A stretch of 64,000 nt of DNA from Trichinella spiralis. Lineage: Eukaryota. The notes under the pieces were generated by a model that saw only the letters and a list, made by a program, of their open reading frames with translations, searched no databases and was not told the DNA's origin. Location of the stretch: positions 1,669,647-1,733,646 of the forward strand of contig NW_003526943.1 in NCBI RefSeq assembly GCF_000181795.1. The letters are read 5' to 3'. Every line of letters starts with the position of its first letter. Position 1 is the stretch's first letter. This document shows positions 1 to 13,290 of this stretch, in pieces. A program made the translations under genes and the position numbers.

Positions 1-742
1 CAGCGGCATTTGTGCTGCTGGAAGGAGCAGAAAAGCCGAAGAGCAGCAGCAGATGATCCGACGAAATTCCGCACCGGCAACAACAAGCTCGATAGCAGCC
101 GAAACGAGGAAGTTGGTTGCATGCACGCAATTATTGCACTAACGAGGTGATAATGATAATCAGCTTGGTTTCAGATGTTCCCTGATTGTTGAAGAGGAGG
201 GTGTTGGTGGTGTGGAGTCGTCGGCGTCGGCGTCGTCTTCGTTGCTTGACAACAGCAGTGATGACTACCAGGAAGGCAAATCTTGGACGAAGGATTCATC
301 GTTACCAAAAAATGAGTAACAGAGCAACATAATTTGTTGGATTTTTTCACTAGTTGTTTTGTCTCATGTGCAAAATTGTCATTCAAATTTTATAGTGATG
401 ATGGTGGTCGTGACGCTTTGGTCAATTGGTTGAAAGAGTTGAACGTCGACGAACGGTCGATTGAAATTCTGACAAATCATCAGTACACGTTGCAAGACTT
501 GATGGAGATGGTCACGCGGGAAGAGTTGCTTCACATCGGCTTGAAGTGAGCCAGCTAGCTATAAGTGAAATGGAATCAATTTTGACGAACTGTGTGCATT
601 GTTTTGCAGAGGTGGTGTTTGTTGTCGTCTTTGGCGAAGCATCGTTTCGCAGAGGAGAAGCTTTTGTGCTAGTAGCAGCACTGCTGCTACTACTGTTGCA
701 GCAACTGACGAAGCAGACCGAAGAGAAAACAATAATGACTGA
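1..742 (+). CDS. nsy-1: 3' end of ASK1/MAP3K5/MAP3K15 (NSY-1)-family MAP kinase kinase kinase, C-terminal SAM domain; partial, multi-exon
   Basis: Exon ~396-545 spliced (GT 546..AG 609) to 610-742 reads DALVNWLKELNVDERSIEILTNHQYTLQDLMEMVTREELLHIGLK/GGVCCRLWRSIV...*. This matches the ASK1 SAM pattern (L.DWL...G.DE..I......YTL.D.L..VTRDDL...L.GG..C.LW..I). TGA stop at 740-742. Upstream exon boundaries are less certain. Confidence 0.85.
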
Positions 743-1102
743 TTTATCAATAATAATTATATATAAAATGGAATATTATTAAGCAAAATGTAAACGAGCA
801 TTTTTTGCAGTTTTGCTACCTTCTATATATATATATTATATGCTTATTTTGAACTGCTGTTTTAAAATTAATTGTACAACGAACGCTTGTGAGCTGAGCT
901 TGGATTAAAACATTTAACACGTTTTTATTGTGTGACAAAGTGTGGGCAAAAGAGAAAGAGATGAATGAAATTTTAAAGTTATATAATGATAACTTTAAAC
1001 TCGACCGTTGTTTAAAGTGAGCATGAACAACCAACAAACACACAACGACAAGTTGAGTCAGAGTTGTACGCGTTCATTTCTGTCTTCTGTCTCAGTTTTG
1101 CC

Positions 1103-1579
1103 ATGTCCGACAACCACGACGACAAAGACGCAGCAAACAAGGAGCAAAATGGCGAAAAATCCCAAACTCAGATGGATGAAGAAGCAAGTGCATCATCATT
1201 TTCTTCATCATCCACTTCGGGTTTTTGATTATTATTTCAATTTCAGTTTTTAAAAATGAATTTCAAATTATCATTTTTTTTCCTTTTTCAAGAAATTTCC
1301 ACCGATGGTGAACAAAGCAACAAAGTGAGCTTTTCCAACCTGGTCGACGTGAAGGACACGCCCACAGACCAGCTAAGACCGCACCGGACGCAGAAGGGTC
1401 GCTTGTCGCCTTGTAACATGCGCAAGCGTTGGGTGATGGCGAAAATTTACAAAATGGGCGGTCACATTCGCGATCGAAAGACCAAATCGTTGATCGAGAT
1501 AAAACCCGGCACGAAGATGCCCGAAGGCAACAGCAAATCCAAACCCCCAGACGATGACTACCTGTTCTATTCTGAATAA
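1103..1579 (+). CDS. Hypothetical small hydrophilic protein (~123-135 aa), 2 exons
   Basis: ATG 1103 (MSDNHDDKDAANKEQNGEKSQTQMDEEA). A phase-1 GT donor at 1188 (alternative ~1220) joins in frame, via a T-rich acceptor ending at 1292, to ISTDGEQSNKVSF...PPDDDYLFYSE, TAA 1577-1579. GC content is coding-like. No family recognised. Confidence 0.6.
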
Positions 1580-1805
1580 AATACTCAACAGACAATCTAT
1601 AAATCGATCTATTTGTCATTTCTTTTATTTATTTATTGTTTACCTAATAACTATTCATTTTTGAATATTGACTGTTATAATTTATTATCAAAATAAAAAA
1701 ATTTAAATTTTATTTTATCTTTAATCCATAACCAACCCGAAAAAGAATACATATTTATCACATGCACATATATATATATATATAGTAGGTATGTATACAG
1801 TTGTC

Positions 1806-2010
1806 TTCTTCCTGTACGTTGGCCATTAGAAGTTACTTTGAATATTTGGGAAGGAAAAAAAATATATATATACGAATTCGTCTTCCTGTACGTTGACCAT
1901 TAGAAGTTACTTTAAATATTTAGAATGAAAAAATATATACGAATTCGTCTTTCTGTACGTTGGGCATAAGAAATTACTTTTGAATATTTCGGATGAAAAA
2001 ATATATACCA
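1806..2010. repeat. Three degenerate tandem copies of a ~67-74 bp unit
   Basis: The unit (GTC)TTCCTGTACGTTG.CCATTAGAAGTTACTTT.AATATTT.GAA.GAAAAAATATATACGAATTC recurs at ~1806, ~1880 and ~1947. Confidence 0.9.
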
Positions 2011-2109
2011 ATATTTCTGTTGTATCTTAAGTTCAAATAGCCCATCATAATACCATAATAATAATAATAATATAGTAATAATAATGATAGCTTGTTGTTG
2101 TTCTAAATT

Positions 2110-2671
2110 TCACATGACATAGTGGTCAGTTTCGTCGAACAAGCTTCCTTTCCTGCTCATGTGCAAAAGTGAGCGAACCTCGTAATTGGTGCAGACCACT
2201 TGAGGACGTTGCTTTTCAGAAAATTCTCCGCGCAGTCCAATGTAGTAGACGACAGTGGTTTTAGCACCAACATTCGATGGAAAGTGAATGATCAAGTGCT
2301 CCACGCCGGAAAACTTCGCTACACGCAACGGATATTCAACCGAACCGTCCGGATCTTCGCTCAGATCAAACTCTTGGTCTGGAGTCAAATTCACGTCATC
2401 AAAATCCATCTAAACAACAAACAAATATGCAAATGTGCTAACAATTGTGATGTGTGAATATTGATTGTAAGATGAACAACAAAACTCACACTTGGTCGAT
2501 TTTTGTACAAACGAATACGATTGGGGCGTTGCCCACCGTCGCCACCAATCACCACGATGCTCTTCAATTTCACATTACCAGTGAACGGAATTTTGAACAA
2601 CAATTCCTCGTCCACATCACTTTCCACATAGTTCTTCCTGCAAAGAGCAGTATAAATAAATAAATAAATAA

Positions 2672-2713
<42 letters not shown>

Positions 2714-2956
2714 TTACGGCATTATTTATCATCAAAACAAAGCAAAAACTACTCACTTGTTCAAACGTTCGCTCCAAGGCTTAAAAACAGTCTTCGCCGA
2801 ACCATCAACTCTTTCATTCAAACAAGTCAACGACTGAAAGTCAATCTTCGTATACAAACTGTACTGAATACCCATTTCCGCATCGTCCACATGAGCACGA
2901 CCAACGATCCCAATGCTACGCGACGGACCACTTCCCGAACATCGACAGCCAGACAT
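2110..2956 (-). CDS. PITHD1: PITH domain-containing protein 1, 3 exons (2956-2757, 2637-2490, 2409-2110)
   Basis: Spliced protein has YSLYTKID...CLNE...GSAKTVFKPW, YVESDVDEELLFKIPFTGNVKLKSI, YPLRVAKFSGVEHLIIHFPSN and YYIGLRGEF motifs. GT-AG introns are phase-consistent. Confidence 0.93.
2654..2711. repeat. (TAAA)n + (TA)n microsatellite in PITHD1 intron 1
   Basis: Directly visible. Confidence 0.95.
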
Positions 2957-3717
2957 TGTTCAAGAAAAAATTCGCCAACAGCTAAAAATCTGCATTATTC
3001 ATTAACAACAAATATTTATCATGTATGCATATTAAACGAAAAATCCAAATAAAATCGTCCACGAAGACGATTCGGCAAAACAACAACCAACTTGAACAAA
3101 ACTTCGTGTAAGAGTAAAAGACCACTGGGGCTCGTTTTTACTTTTTCGCACGCAAATTTGTCGAAGGGAAAAAGATAAAAAAAAACAAGTTCAGAGGATA
3201 AAATAAACAAACAAACAAACAAACAAATAGAACAGGATGGATGATCAACATCAACCGAAGTAGTAGGTGAAACTTTGTTCAAAGAAAAAAGAAAGTCGTC
3301 GACAATATGCACCACTGACTCCACTGGTGAGGAAACACTGACAACAAAAATACAAATCGACTGCAAACTGGGAGATGAACCAACTTTCTGATAAAAAATG
3401 ACACACACATACACATGCAGAAAATTTTTTAAAAATATATTACATAATAAAATCTGGCCAAGTGCATGTGAGTAGAAACAAGCAAAGCGCCGGTACCAAA
3501 CACACTAGGATATATGACTTTTGATATGATAATATAAATCAAACATAACAATTCGTCATAACACACGGCTGTTGAAAAACACCGAAGAAAGAAAAAAATA
3601 TATACACATATAGATTTGGAAGATGTATCCAAATTGTAAAAAAAGAGCATCAGATTAACCGAGAAAGATTCTGTTAAAAAAAAGTAAAACTGATGCAATG
3701 CTATTATTATTAATCTT

Positions 3718-6012
3718 TTATGAGATGATGACAGGATTACGGTTGCCGTGAAAAATTCTATCGGCACTACTCCAACTTCGGCAGACCTTTTTCTGCACTT
3801 CCAGAATTTTGTCTTCGCACAGTCGACTGAGTGCCTAATAAAAAAATGATGTGCAATTTAAAAATGCAAGATAAATGATAAAATAATTATTATACTTCCA
3901 GTTTTTTCCCACGCTCTTTGTACAATGGCAGCAACGGTAGTTGCAAGTCGTTTGCAATGGCCAAAGTGCGCAAATCGAAATAATATTTCGCGTAAACACT
4001 TGATGGCACATTAATATTGAACTCAAGGCACTCTAAAAATTGTCGTTCCAATTCATTCCTTAAAATAAACAAAGAATAAAGCATTGGATAAATAAACAAG
4101 CTGTTGTTCGTTGTCTGTCTTACATATCTTCAACGGTGCAAGATCGCAATATCTGGCAGTAGTCGACATTCCAAACGGCCTGATCATCCCACACTTTGCT
4201 GGCAAGCATTATAGCACCGAGAACAATTCGTCGCCAATTCACCGGACACAAATCCAATTCAGCATACGTTAACAAACGTTCCATGTAGACCTGAACAATT
4301 TTCAAAATTTTATTTCATTTTTCCATACTGCTTCCCAGTGAAACTTCACTTACAAAATTAACAAATCCACACTTACCAAAGTTATTATGGCACATTCAGC
4401 AGTCAACTGAGCTGCTGCAAACAAAGTCCTGATAAAACGATAAATGTGTCGATGCTCCGGATCTCTCATCAAATATTCCAACGGAGGAGCTTCAGTCTGA
4501 ACGAAACAAATTTTATTTCACTGGATTTGATTTAAAAAAGCATTTTTTTTTAATTTTTACCGTAATTGGGTGAAATTTTTCGTCGAAAATTTCCATCGTT
4601 CGTTCTTCGCCTCGATTGCGCCGATTTATAATATGATAATAAATTGCCAGAGAAATACATTTGATGGTATTTTTCAGATGCGGTTGAGTAATTGTTGAAT
4701 CATCCAGAAAAATTGTACTGCACGAATTGTACTTGCGCAACGCAACTGGCGACCCGGCGTGTTGTTGCCCACCGGCAGAACACTGACTGCCAATCAAATA
4801 GCAAGAACGACGATTTTCGCGAACTGCATTATTATAATATTTATACTTTTTTAAATAATAAACATTTCAAAAATCAGCTCATTCCTCTCTTTCCACTTGT
4901 GTTAAAAAATTCACTATCTTATTTCTACAACTAAAAAATATGATGAAAGAAATGAATGAATCATGCTGATGGAAGAAAAAAAAATCAAGAATGCAACTGA
5001 TATTTATTCAAGCACAATTTTATCTACTTTAACAAATCTTGAAAACACAAAAGAGAAAAACAATTTTTTTCTTTTAACAAAAGATTATCATCTTACTTCT
5101 GAACAGTAGCAACAAAGATTTAAAAACAACAACAAAAATATTCAACTTCGTGGCCTATAACTTACCAAAAAACAAACATGCCTATTGATGATTAATTTTA
5201 CTTACGTTTCATTTCACTACGACTTCTTTCCATAAAAAGTGGCCCTTTGGTAGGATGTGTCGATGGATCTTGATCGATGTCTAAACAAAACAAAAAATTC
5301 ATCATCATCATCAACTAACTATCCTAAATGTGTGGAAAACTGACTAAAAATTATGACAATTTAATTTACTACCCAAAATATTCAAACTTAACATCTAAAA
5401 CAAGCAAAACTGCACGTATAAACAAACATAAATATTATTTTCAAATATAAAATTTATTCCAAAACTTTTTACTTACATTTCAAATTGATCCATTAAATAA
5501 AAATATTCATTGTTTTTATCAAAACAAAATTCATCATTCATTTAAAAAATTAAATTTACATTTAATCATTTGTTTTACTTTGAAATTAAATTATTTCATA
5601 CATTTAAGTGTACATTCTTCCATTTGAAGATTAAGCTGTTTAAATATTAAAATATTCACTTTACTTATAATATTTCACTTTAACCAAGTTAATTTTACAT
5701 TTTATTAGTTATAATTAGTTATACAATTAGTTAAATAATTTACAATTTCTATTCAAATTATCATAGAATGCCTTAGTCAAATAAATTTTCTGTGCTAACA
5801 AGCAGGTGAGTCACCGGAAAGCTGCACATACCGTCATGTTCGCGTTCGCTGATGTGCTGCAAGCTGCTCGGTGCTGTGTCATCTCTGATCCAAGCGGAGC
5901 TGCTGATCACAACTCCAGAACCATTGTCGTATTTGCTTCGATCAGAATTTCTGCGAAAATATTTACTGGAAGATCTGCGTCCTTTGAGACGGGAGCAACA
6001 AAAATTTCCCAT
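3718..6012 (-). CDS. CCNY: Cyclin Y, 7 coding exons (approx. 6012-5832, 5280-5207, 4823-4561, 4496-4377, 4290-4124, ~4059-3896, 3834-3718)
   Basis: N-terminal MGNFCC acylation motif; [113 protein letters not shown]-terminus ALSRLCEDK...VIIS*. Confidence 0.96.
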
Positions 6013-8283
6013 CTGACAAATACAATGAATGAACTTTTCAAACGGGTCTGTCAAATTGCTTCCAGAACCCGTAATTTCATTACGCTGTTCATTGTACCTG
6101 TTCAGCATTCGTTTATGCTAAAATTAACAAAATTTCAAATTACTTTATACTTGAAATTACAATCATAGCTTTTAAACATTTCAAAAGTGTTGTTCAAATG
6201 CAATACAATTTATGCTAATTACCATCAATGTATCAAATGTCGTAAAAAATTATACACATTATAATCAAAATTAATTAAAAAAAACAAATAAAAATTACTT
6301 TAGAAACAAAATATGACAGAAGAAGTTTCAATTATATTTTGAAATCGTTATAAATGACTTTCGACGGCCGAAACAAACTAACGGGAAATTTAAAATAAAC
6401 TAAACAAAAAACAAATATATAATGATAAAATCATATCACTGAAGAACAAAATATAAATAGAAAAATGATAAAAATAAGAACTGTCGCTTAAACTGCATTT
6501 TTAAGGACGAAAAACAGAAATTTACCTAGAAGCCATTGGACTTAAACCAAGTGATGCCGACCCAAATTCGTTGCTATTGTGATAAAAGTTGACGATGTCG
6601 AATGCTTTAGCATTTACTGACTGTTATATCTTCAACATTTCTTTCATACTATCAACTATTCGTAGCCGACTTTTGCCTCCAAAAAATGGAATCGACGCAC
6701 AAAGAAACAAAAAAGCTACAGTACAGTACTGTAATTTACAAATCTGTATTACGATTTTCAAGATCAAATAATTGTTATCTTGAACTGCAAAGCCCTTTAT
6801 AAAATTACAGTAATCCATAATTAAAATTATTTGCATTGTTCTTAAGAATGTGAACTGATTCTTATTAAGTATAGTTAAATACATTCAAAATATTTTAATA
6901 TATGAAATTTCTTGTTAGGAACAAATTTTTGAAGTTCTTTGCATAACCTATATAAAATGATTTTATCATTTGATGTAACTTGATATTAATGATACAAATT
7001 TTTATAATAATCCAAAAAATATGTTAAAATTTGCATTTAAAACAGTGCAGCATGCAGAAAAAAATATAAAACATTGAAAGTAAGCTTTTTATTTGTTACA
7101 CTGCTTCCACAGTTGAAACGCAAAAAATATCAAATTTTGTCAGCTTTTTAGTTTTTAGTCTTTTTTTAAAACCAGTTAACAAGGAAAAGTTTGAATTTAA
7201 AAATGTATTACGATAATATTTCAGAAGTTGAAAATAATGAATGACATTTTTTTACAACTTCTGATGACAAAGTACATTAATGAGATCTCAGTAAAATATC
7301 AAAATATTATTTATATAAATTACGACACTATTTTATAAGTAGAATAAAATTATGCTGATGCCATTGGGTATTCCTAACAAAAAAATATTGATTACTGTTA
7401 CTGAAAATGAACTTGATTAAAATATGTTTGAATCGAATGTGACGACGAATGTGATTGAATGGTTTGTCACCAAATGAAATGGAACATGTATATAAAGGCA
7501 GAAAATAAATTTCTTTGCTTGTTTAACTTAATTAGTAGTGAAAATAAAAATCTTATAGCTATCGAAAGCTATTTTTTATTTCTACAAGTATTTACGGTAG
7601 TAATTAATTGTCAGCATTTTTCAAGAAAATTTCTTGTATTCAATTCATAAAATTCATCAAAAGCGTATTCATAAAAAACCCTTACAAAGAATCTGATAAA
7701 TACTGAAGAATACTGTATGTAAAGATAACGCACTGCTGCTTTTCTAACTTATAATTCATTACTCTACTTGCCTGCTGAAATTAAATTTTATTGTTATTCA
7801 GAGATGGAAAATTAGCCTCTGTATATGTATAATTGCAAAAATAGATATGCAGTGATAAATAAATTTTTAAATTTATGATTATTTTTATATTATGACTTGT
7901 ATTATGACCATTTATGTCAAAGTATGCCTATTTTAAGTAGCTGAATTATATTTTCTTACTACATTTGAATATCTTGTTCATCATTAACTTTGATTCACTG
8001 CATTAGTTTTATTAGTCATTATTCCATTGTTTAATATGTTTCTAGTATTATCAGTTTCAAAATATGGAGTTATAATTCAAATAACACTGCAATAATCAGT
8101 TCAACGTTCATTAATAAACATAGAAAGTGAATTATAATTGTAATATTTTTTATCGGATTTTACTGTATTTTTATACGAAAATTTTCAAGAACTTATGTTG
8201 TTTAATTCTTGAAAATGATTTTACTGTAATACTGTGCATATACTTCTGTGTTGTCCATCATTCTGTCAGTATTGTTATCAACG

Positions 8284-8871
8284 ATGAGCGTGCAACTTCA
8301 ATTGGGAAAACCAGCGCCAAACTTTAAAGCAATGGGTGTGGCTAACAATAAGTTTCAAGAAATCCGATTAGATGATTTCAAAGGTCGATATTTAGTACTG
8401 TTTTTCTATCCTCGTGATTTTACGTTTGTCTGCCCAACAGAAATAGTTGCTTTCAGCGATCGCATTGAAGAATTTAACAAACTTAATTGCTCTGTGGTCG
8501 CCTGCTCCACGGACAGTGAATATTCACATCTTGCTTGGATAAGAACTCCAAGAAAACATGGTGGCTTGGGCGAGATGAAAATTCCGATTTTAGCAGATCC
8601 TACTCACAAAATTTCAAGCGATTATTCTGTTTTTGATGCGGAAAAAGGACTTGCCTATCGTGGTTTGTTTATCATTGATCATAATGGTATTTTGCGACAG
8701 ATTATAGTTAATGATTTGCCAGTTGGACGAAATGTGGATGAGGTACTGCGTTTAATTCAAGCTCTTCGTCACGCCGATGAATTTGGTGAAGTATGTCCGG
8801 CTAATTGGAAACCTGGTGGCTTAACTATAAGACCGGACAAGAGTGAAGAGTATTTTAGCAAAGCTGGCTAA
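8284..8871 (+). CDS. Typical 2-Cys peroxiredoxin (AhpC/Prx1, thioredoxin peroxidase), intronless, 195 aa
   Basis: Peroxidatic motif [18 protein letters not shown] motif, resolving-Cys motif GEVCPANW and C-terminal YF. First ATG at 8284. Confidence 0.96.
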   Translation: MSVQLQLGKPAPNFKAMGVANNKFQEIRLDDFKGRYLVLFFYPRDFTFVCPTEIVAFSDRIEEFNKLNCSVVACSTDSEYSHLAWIRTPRKHGGLGEMKIPILADPTHKISSDYSVFDAEKGLAYRGLFIIDHNGILRQIIVNDLPVGRNVDEVLRLIQALRHADEFGEVCPANWKPGGLTIRPDKSEEYFSKAG

Positions 8872-11800
8872 TTCGTACAGTTGGTTTCTGATGCCTTTTG
8901 CAGTAGATTTCATGATTTGATTTTAGTGGAAAAATTTTTAGAAATTCATATATATTTAATGTGGTTCTGTTAATTCTGGGTTTTGATTTTGGCCATAGAT
9001 TTATCTTTTATATATTAATTTATATGGCTTTATACATTAAAAGTATGCTTCTCGTGCAGTCATTGTTTGTAAAATTTGTTGCACTTTTGTGTGTTACATT
9101 TTTCGTGAATGATAAAGCAACGTAAACAACTTCTAGTTGTAAACTTCGATTTGTTTACTGTAAACTTTTAGTTGTAAATTCATCTAGAAGTAATTTTAAT
9201 GTTATAAATATATGAGAATTACATTTTTAATGGTATTTTAAACGTATGTTTGTAATTTCGAAATTGATTAATGTAATTTGCTAAAATTCATCGTATGTTT
9301 ATGAATTGAATCTAAGTCATAAATAGTATAACCTGTTTGAACATGACCTAGTAATCAGAACTTAAAGTTCAAGCATTCCATAAGCAAATTACCCATAGCA
9401 AATTATTAAATGTAAATAAAGTTTTTGATATTTATTTTTTTCACATATATTCGATTGTTTGAAGTGTTCAAAGATATCTCACTCATAATATTTCAACAAT
9501 CTACTCTTATAAATTAAAAAAATGTATATAACATCACTTTAAAGCATATTTATGTTTATGTGCAGAATTTTAATTTATACACATGGAAATTACTAACTTA
9601 TACCGCACGGTAAATACCGATTTTCAAGTATGGTTCTATTTCTTAAACTGCAAAATTAGTAAGTATTTTAAATCTAAAAGCATTTATTTAATTCAGTTTT
9701 GCTAAAATTTTCTTTATTTTAAAATGTAAATTTTTTTTATTTCTTAAATTAGAAATAAACTGCCATGCGGTAAATCAAAATATAATGTTGATAAAAATCT
9801 TATTTGAAACTTAATTAAAGAACATGTATTTAATTTTGTAAAAGTAAATTAGATTAATATGCATTAATGGAAATTTTTTGTGAAATCTTAATTGAATTAA
9901 AGAATATGATACTTTGTTAAAAACAGTATTTTTTCATATAATAAATAAATCATTGTCAATAATAAAAGATAGCAAAAATATACATTTGCATTATTATGCA
10001 TTTATGCCGAAAGATACAAATATAGCATGAAATATGCGCATCAATAGAAAAAATAATAATAAATTGCTTTGTTAATCTCAAGATTCTGTAAGAAATTAAA
10101 CTGGATTTTGATGTTTATTGAGTTTAGCTGCGAAAGTGAAAAGAACATTACGATTGACTAATCTGACTACATGTTTCATAATAATCTCTGCGTATTTATC
10201 AATTAGAAATATTGTCCCATGAGATTCTGGATTGATAATTATACTTTGCTTTGTGTTGGCTTGTTATTTCAAACTAGTCGATTCCTTGTCACTTACTTTA
10301 TTGTATTTACCTTTAGTTCGAACAGGTGTTAACAAGGCAATAATCTCATTTTCATAAAAGTTTTATTAAATTCAATACTAAAGTAGAAAAGATATCATTA
10401 TTCTAGTATATATATAATCCAATAAATAATAATCTTAGGCTAAACATTTTTTAATTGTAATATTGAATTAGATTAAATACCTGATAAATGACTCGATTTG
10501 AGAAAACACACTGTCCCTGAAAAAATGTGCAGAAAAATTTGTTTAAATTTGTAATTTAATATTTATTAAAATGGCAGACATGAATATTTCTGGATAATAA
10601 TTTTCAGCAATTCAATATTAGGCTAGATATAAAATAAGATAAGATAAGATATATAAAAATCAATAAAAATCATCTCACCATTTTCTAGACTAAACAAGGA
10701 TAGAAGAATAGAAAATCCGTTCTGTGTAATCGTAAAATTTTCGCGTAAACTGACTTTTTACAAACATAAGCTTTTACTTTGTTTCGCAATGCTTAAAAAT
10801 TAAATAACTCGCTATGATAAACTCTATGATGAAAAAACATGTATATTATAATTTTGATTAATTAGATTAAAAAACTGCACGTTAAAAAATAAACAAGATC
10901 GGAATCGAGTATATGTGTGCAAGAACGACTATAGTTTTTCATTCCCTACACTGTGAACAATTTAACTCAATACATGTATATATTAACAAATTTGTAACAT
11001 ATTTATTCATTTACTTTTATGTATTCCAGAATTATTGTGATATGTAAAGCTATTGTTCATTAACGCCTTTTGTATTAAAAAAAACTGTATAGCAAAACTT
11101 ATACTGTTTAAATTGTATATAAGCAGAAGCAATTAATAAATCAAAATAACAGATAAAAAATGATAATAAATTTAGTATAAATATGTACTGCAGACTGAAA
11201 ATTTATTATTAAAACTTTACATGAATTTTTAGTTTTATCAATGTCCTTAAATTAAATTTATTTGAGGTTTTTCCAGTGTTACTGCATTGTTCATGAAGGT
11301 ATTATTGTTTACAATTTTATCTTTCTAATTTATTGCATCCACTTACAAATAGCATAGTGAGCTATATTCAATTCTTTAACGTGCCGTACATTGATGACCA
11401 AAAGTTCAGGTGCCGGTTTATGCTTCTTATCAAAGCTTAACCAGAATGCCTTCTACTTTATCTGTAACCCATTTTCATTTATTCATTAATTGTAATTTCT
11501 AGGTGAGCTGTTTCTCATGGTCTACATAGATAACGTTTTGCATTTATTAGTTTGTTAATCTGTGCAATTCAAATAATACTTATTATAACATATTTTTGAT
11601 TTAATAAATTCAAAGTTTAGCCAAATTTATTCAAGGAAGCCTAATTAAAGAATTGTAATAGCATTCTAAATTCTGACGGATATTGAAAAATATTAAAATG
11701 GAATAATTGTATAAAGTAATTTTAGTATGCGAAGTTAATCTATTCAATTTGTCCAAAACTGAAATCTGTGTATTAATTCACAGAGACAGCATCTTTTATT

Positions 11801-12479
11801 TCTTTCTCTATTGTTTGATAAAGTTTGATTTCAAAAAATTTACAACATGTTCATATTAAAAAATATTTTAAAACAAATCCTAAAAATTCTTTATTTGCAT
11901 TGATCGAAATTTGAAAATTTGTAAAATAATGAAACAAGAAGTGAATTTTGCCTTTCATCAGTGTTGGATTTCAACAGTTTTTTAACATTTTAAATTGATT
12001 ATTCTATTATTTAGTCATTTTATTTATCACGTCTACAAATTAATTTTAAAAATTTATTTTCAAATTGTTAATTACCTTGAGACAATTGTAAAATTAAGTG
12101 TACATATACATTCCGTGTTTAATATTGTTTTGATATTAGTTTTACATTATTTTTATTGTATATTTTTAATTTATCAGTTAAGATAATTTTTTGAGTTGTG
12201 TTTAAGTGAAATTGTTAAATTATTATTTGAATTGTGAAAATAATAATAACAATACGGATTATTATTATTATTCAATAGATAAAATTTTTACAGAATTTTG
12301 AAAATACAGAGGACGTTGTTATTCATTTGTAATATTATATTCTAAAAGAAGGATCATAAAAATATTTGCATTTTGTCTCGAAATGTTTGCTTGACGTTGA
12401 TGTTGCTTAGCAAGCCGACCGACCGGCCAGCTTTGTGAAATTGTCGATAGCAACCACTTACTTCTTCTCTCCAGCAGTT

Positions 12480-13290
12480 ATTATAAGCAGGTGAAAGAAG
12501 AGGAGACAGCCAGATTTACAGATGCATCATACGTGTGTGCATATGGAATGACGACTATATGTATTCCTTTTGCAGCGTCATCAAAACAGGTGAAACGAAC
12601 AGCAGGCAGAGCCAGACGCCAACTGCACTATGCAATCCAGCTGCTGATACACATATGTCGTTGTTGTTGTTGAGAAAAAGTCGATTTCACTAGTCAGCAG
12701 CTGTCAACATGGGGTTGGTTTTGTCCACATCTAAATCCTGCATCTGGTCTTGCAGATGGCTAAAATTCGTCATCTAACGATGCGCTTTTTGCTCAACATC
12801 TTACAATTGTCAATGACTATTTTTGCGAAACTTCCTTTCAAGTTTTCTCAGTTATGTGCTTGAGCTTGCAAATCGATTTCAACACTTTTCCCACAACCCC
12901 GCACAACAGCAGATGGCAATTATTTGGATCAAAAATTGTTCTTCATTTTGCCTGAGAATTTTCATTTCATAATCACAATGAACAATACACTATTTCATTT
13001 CTTTTGCAAATCAAGCATGCTTTACACTCATGCAGCTGCTTGAAACATTCAATTTCTATTGAAATTAGCTTTTTGAAAGAAGAAAAAAAACTGTTTTTGT
13101 AAATTTTATTTGCTATATAATCCAATGTTTAAATATCATTCGGGCGTGGCTGAGATAGTGAAACAAGACGACTGCACGCTTCACATGTCGATTTAGCCTG
13201 CTGTGAATGAAAGTTGAATAATTGAACATCTGCTCAGGTGCACATACGGATCGCTGAGAATTTGGGAGCTTGAACGGGGGACACCTGCTA
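12480..13290. promoter_or_regulatory. Candidate enhancer upstream of the Id/emc gene: dense class-A E-box cluster plus one CSL/Su(H) site
   Basis: CAGGTG at 12488, 12587, 13235; CAGCTG at 12638, 12698, 13033; CATCTG/CAGATG at 12741, 12753, 12910, 13227; CACCTG at 13282; TTCCCACA at 12888. These sit in a GC-raised non-coding island. Confidence 0.5.

Noticed and set aside
1806..2010. CRISPR-like repeat array
   Set aside because: Repeats are contiguous and degenerate with no unique spacers, there are no cas genes, and the context is eukaryotic.
5097..5154. Possible poison or micro-exon in cyclin Y intron 2 (TTATAG...GTAAG signals)
   Set aside because: Exons 2 and 3 join directly in frame to give the expected [12 protein letters not shown] sequence, and splice-like motifs are common in AT-rich introns.
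8248..8283. Hydrophobic N-terminal extension ([11 protein letters not shown]) of the peroxiredoxin in the ORF track, suggesting a secreted Prx4
   Set aside because: The track ORF starts at GTG, not ATG. The first ATG is 8284, and a TGTCAG acceptor lies just upstream. An upstream coding exon cannot be excluded but none was found.
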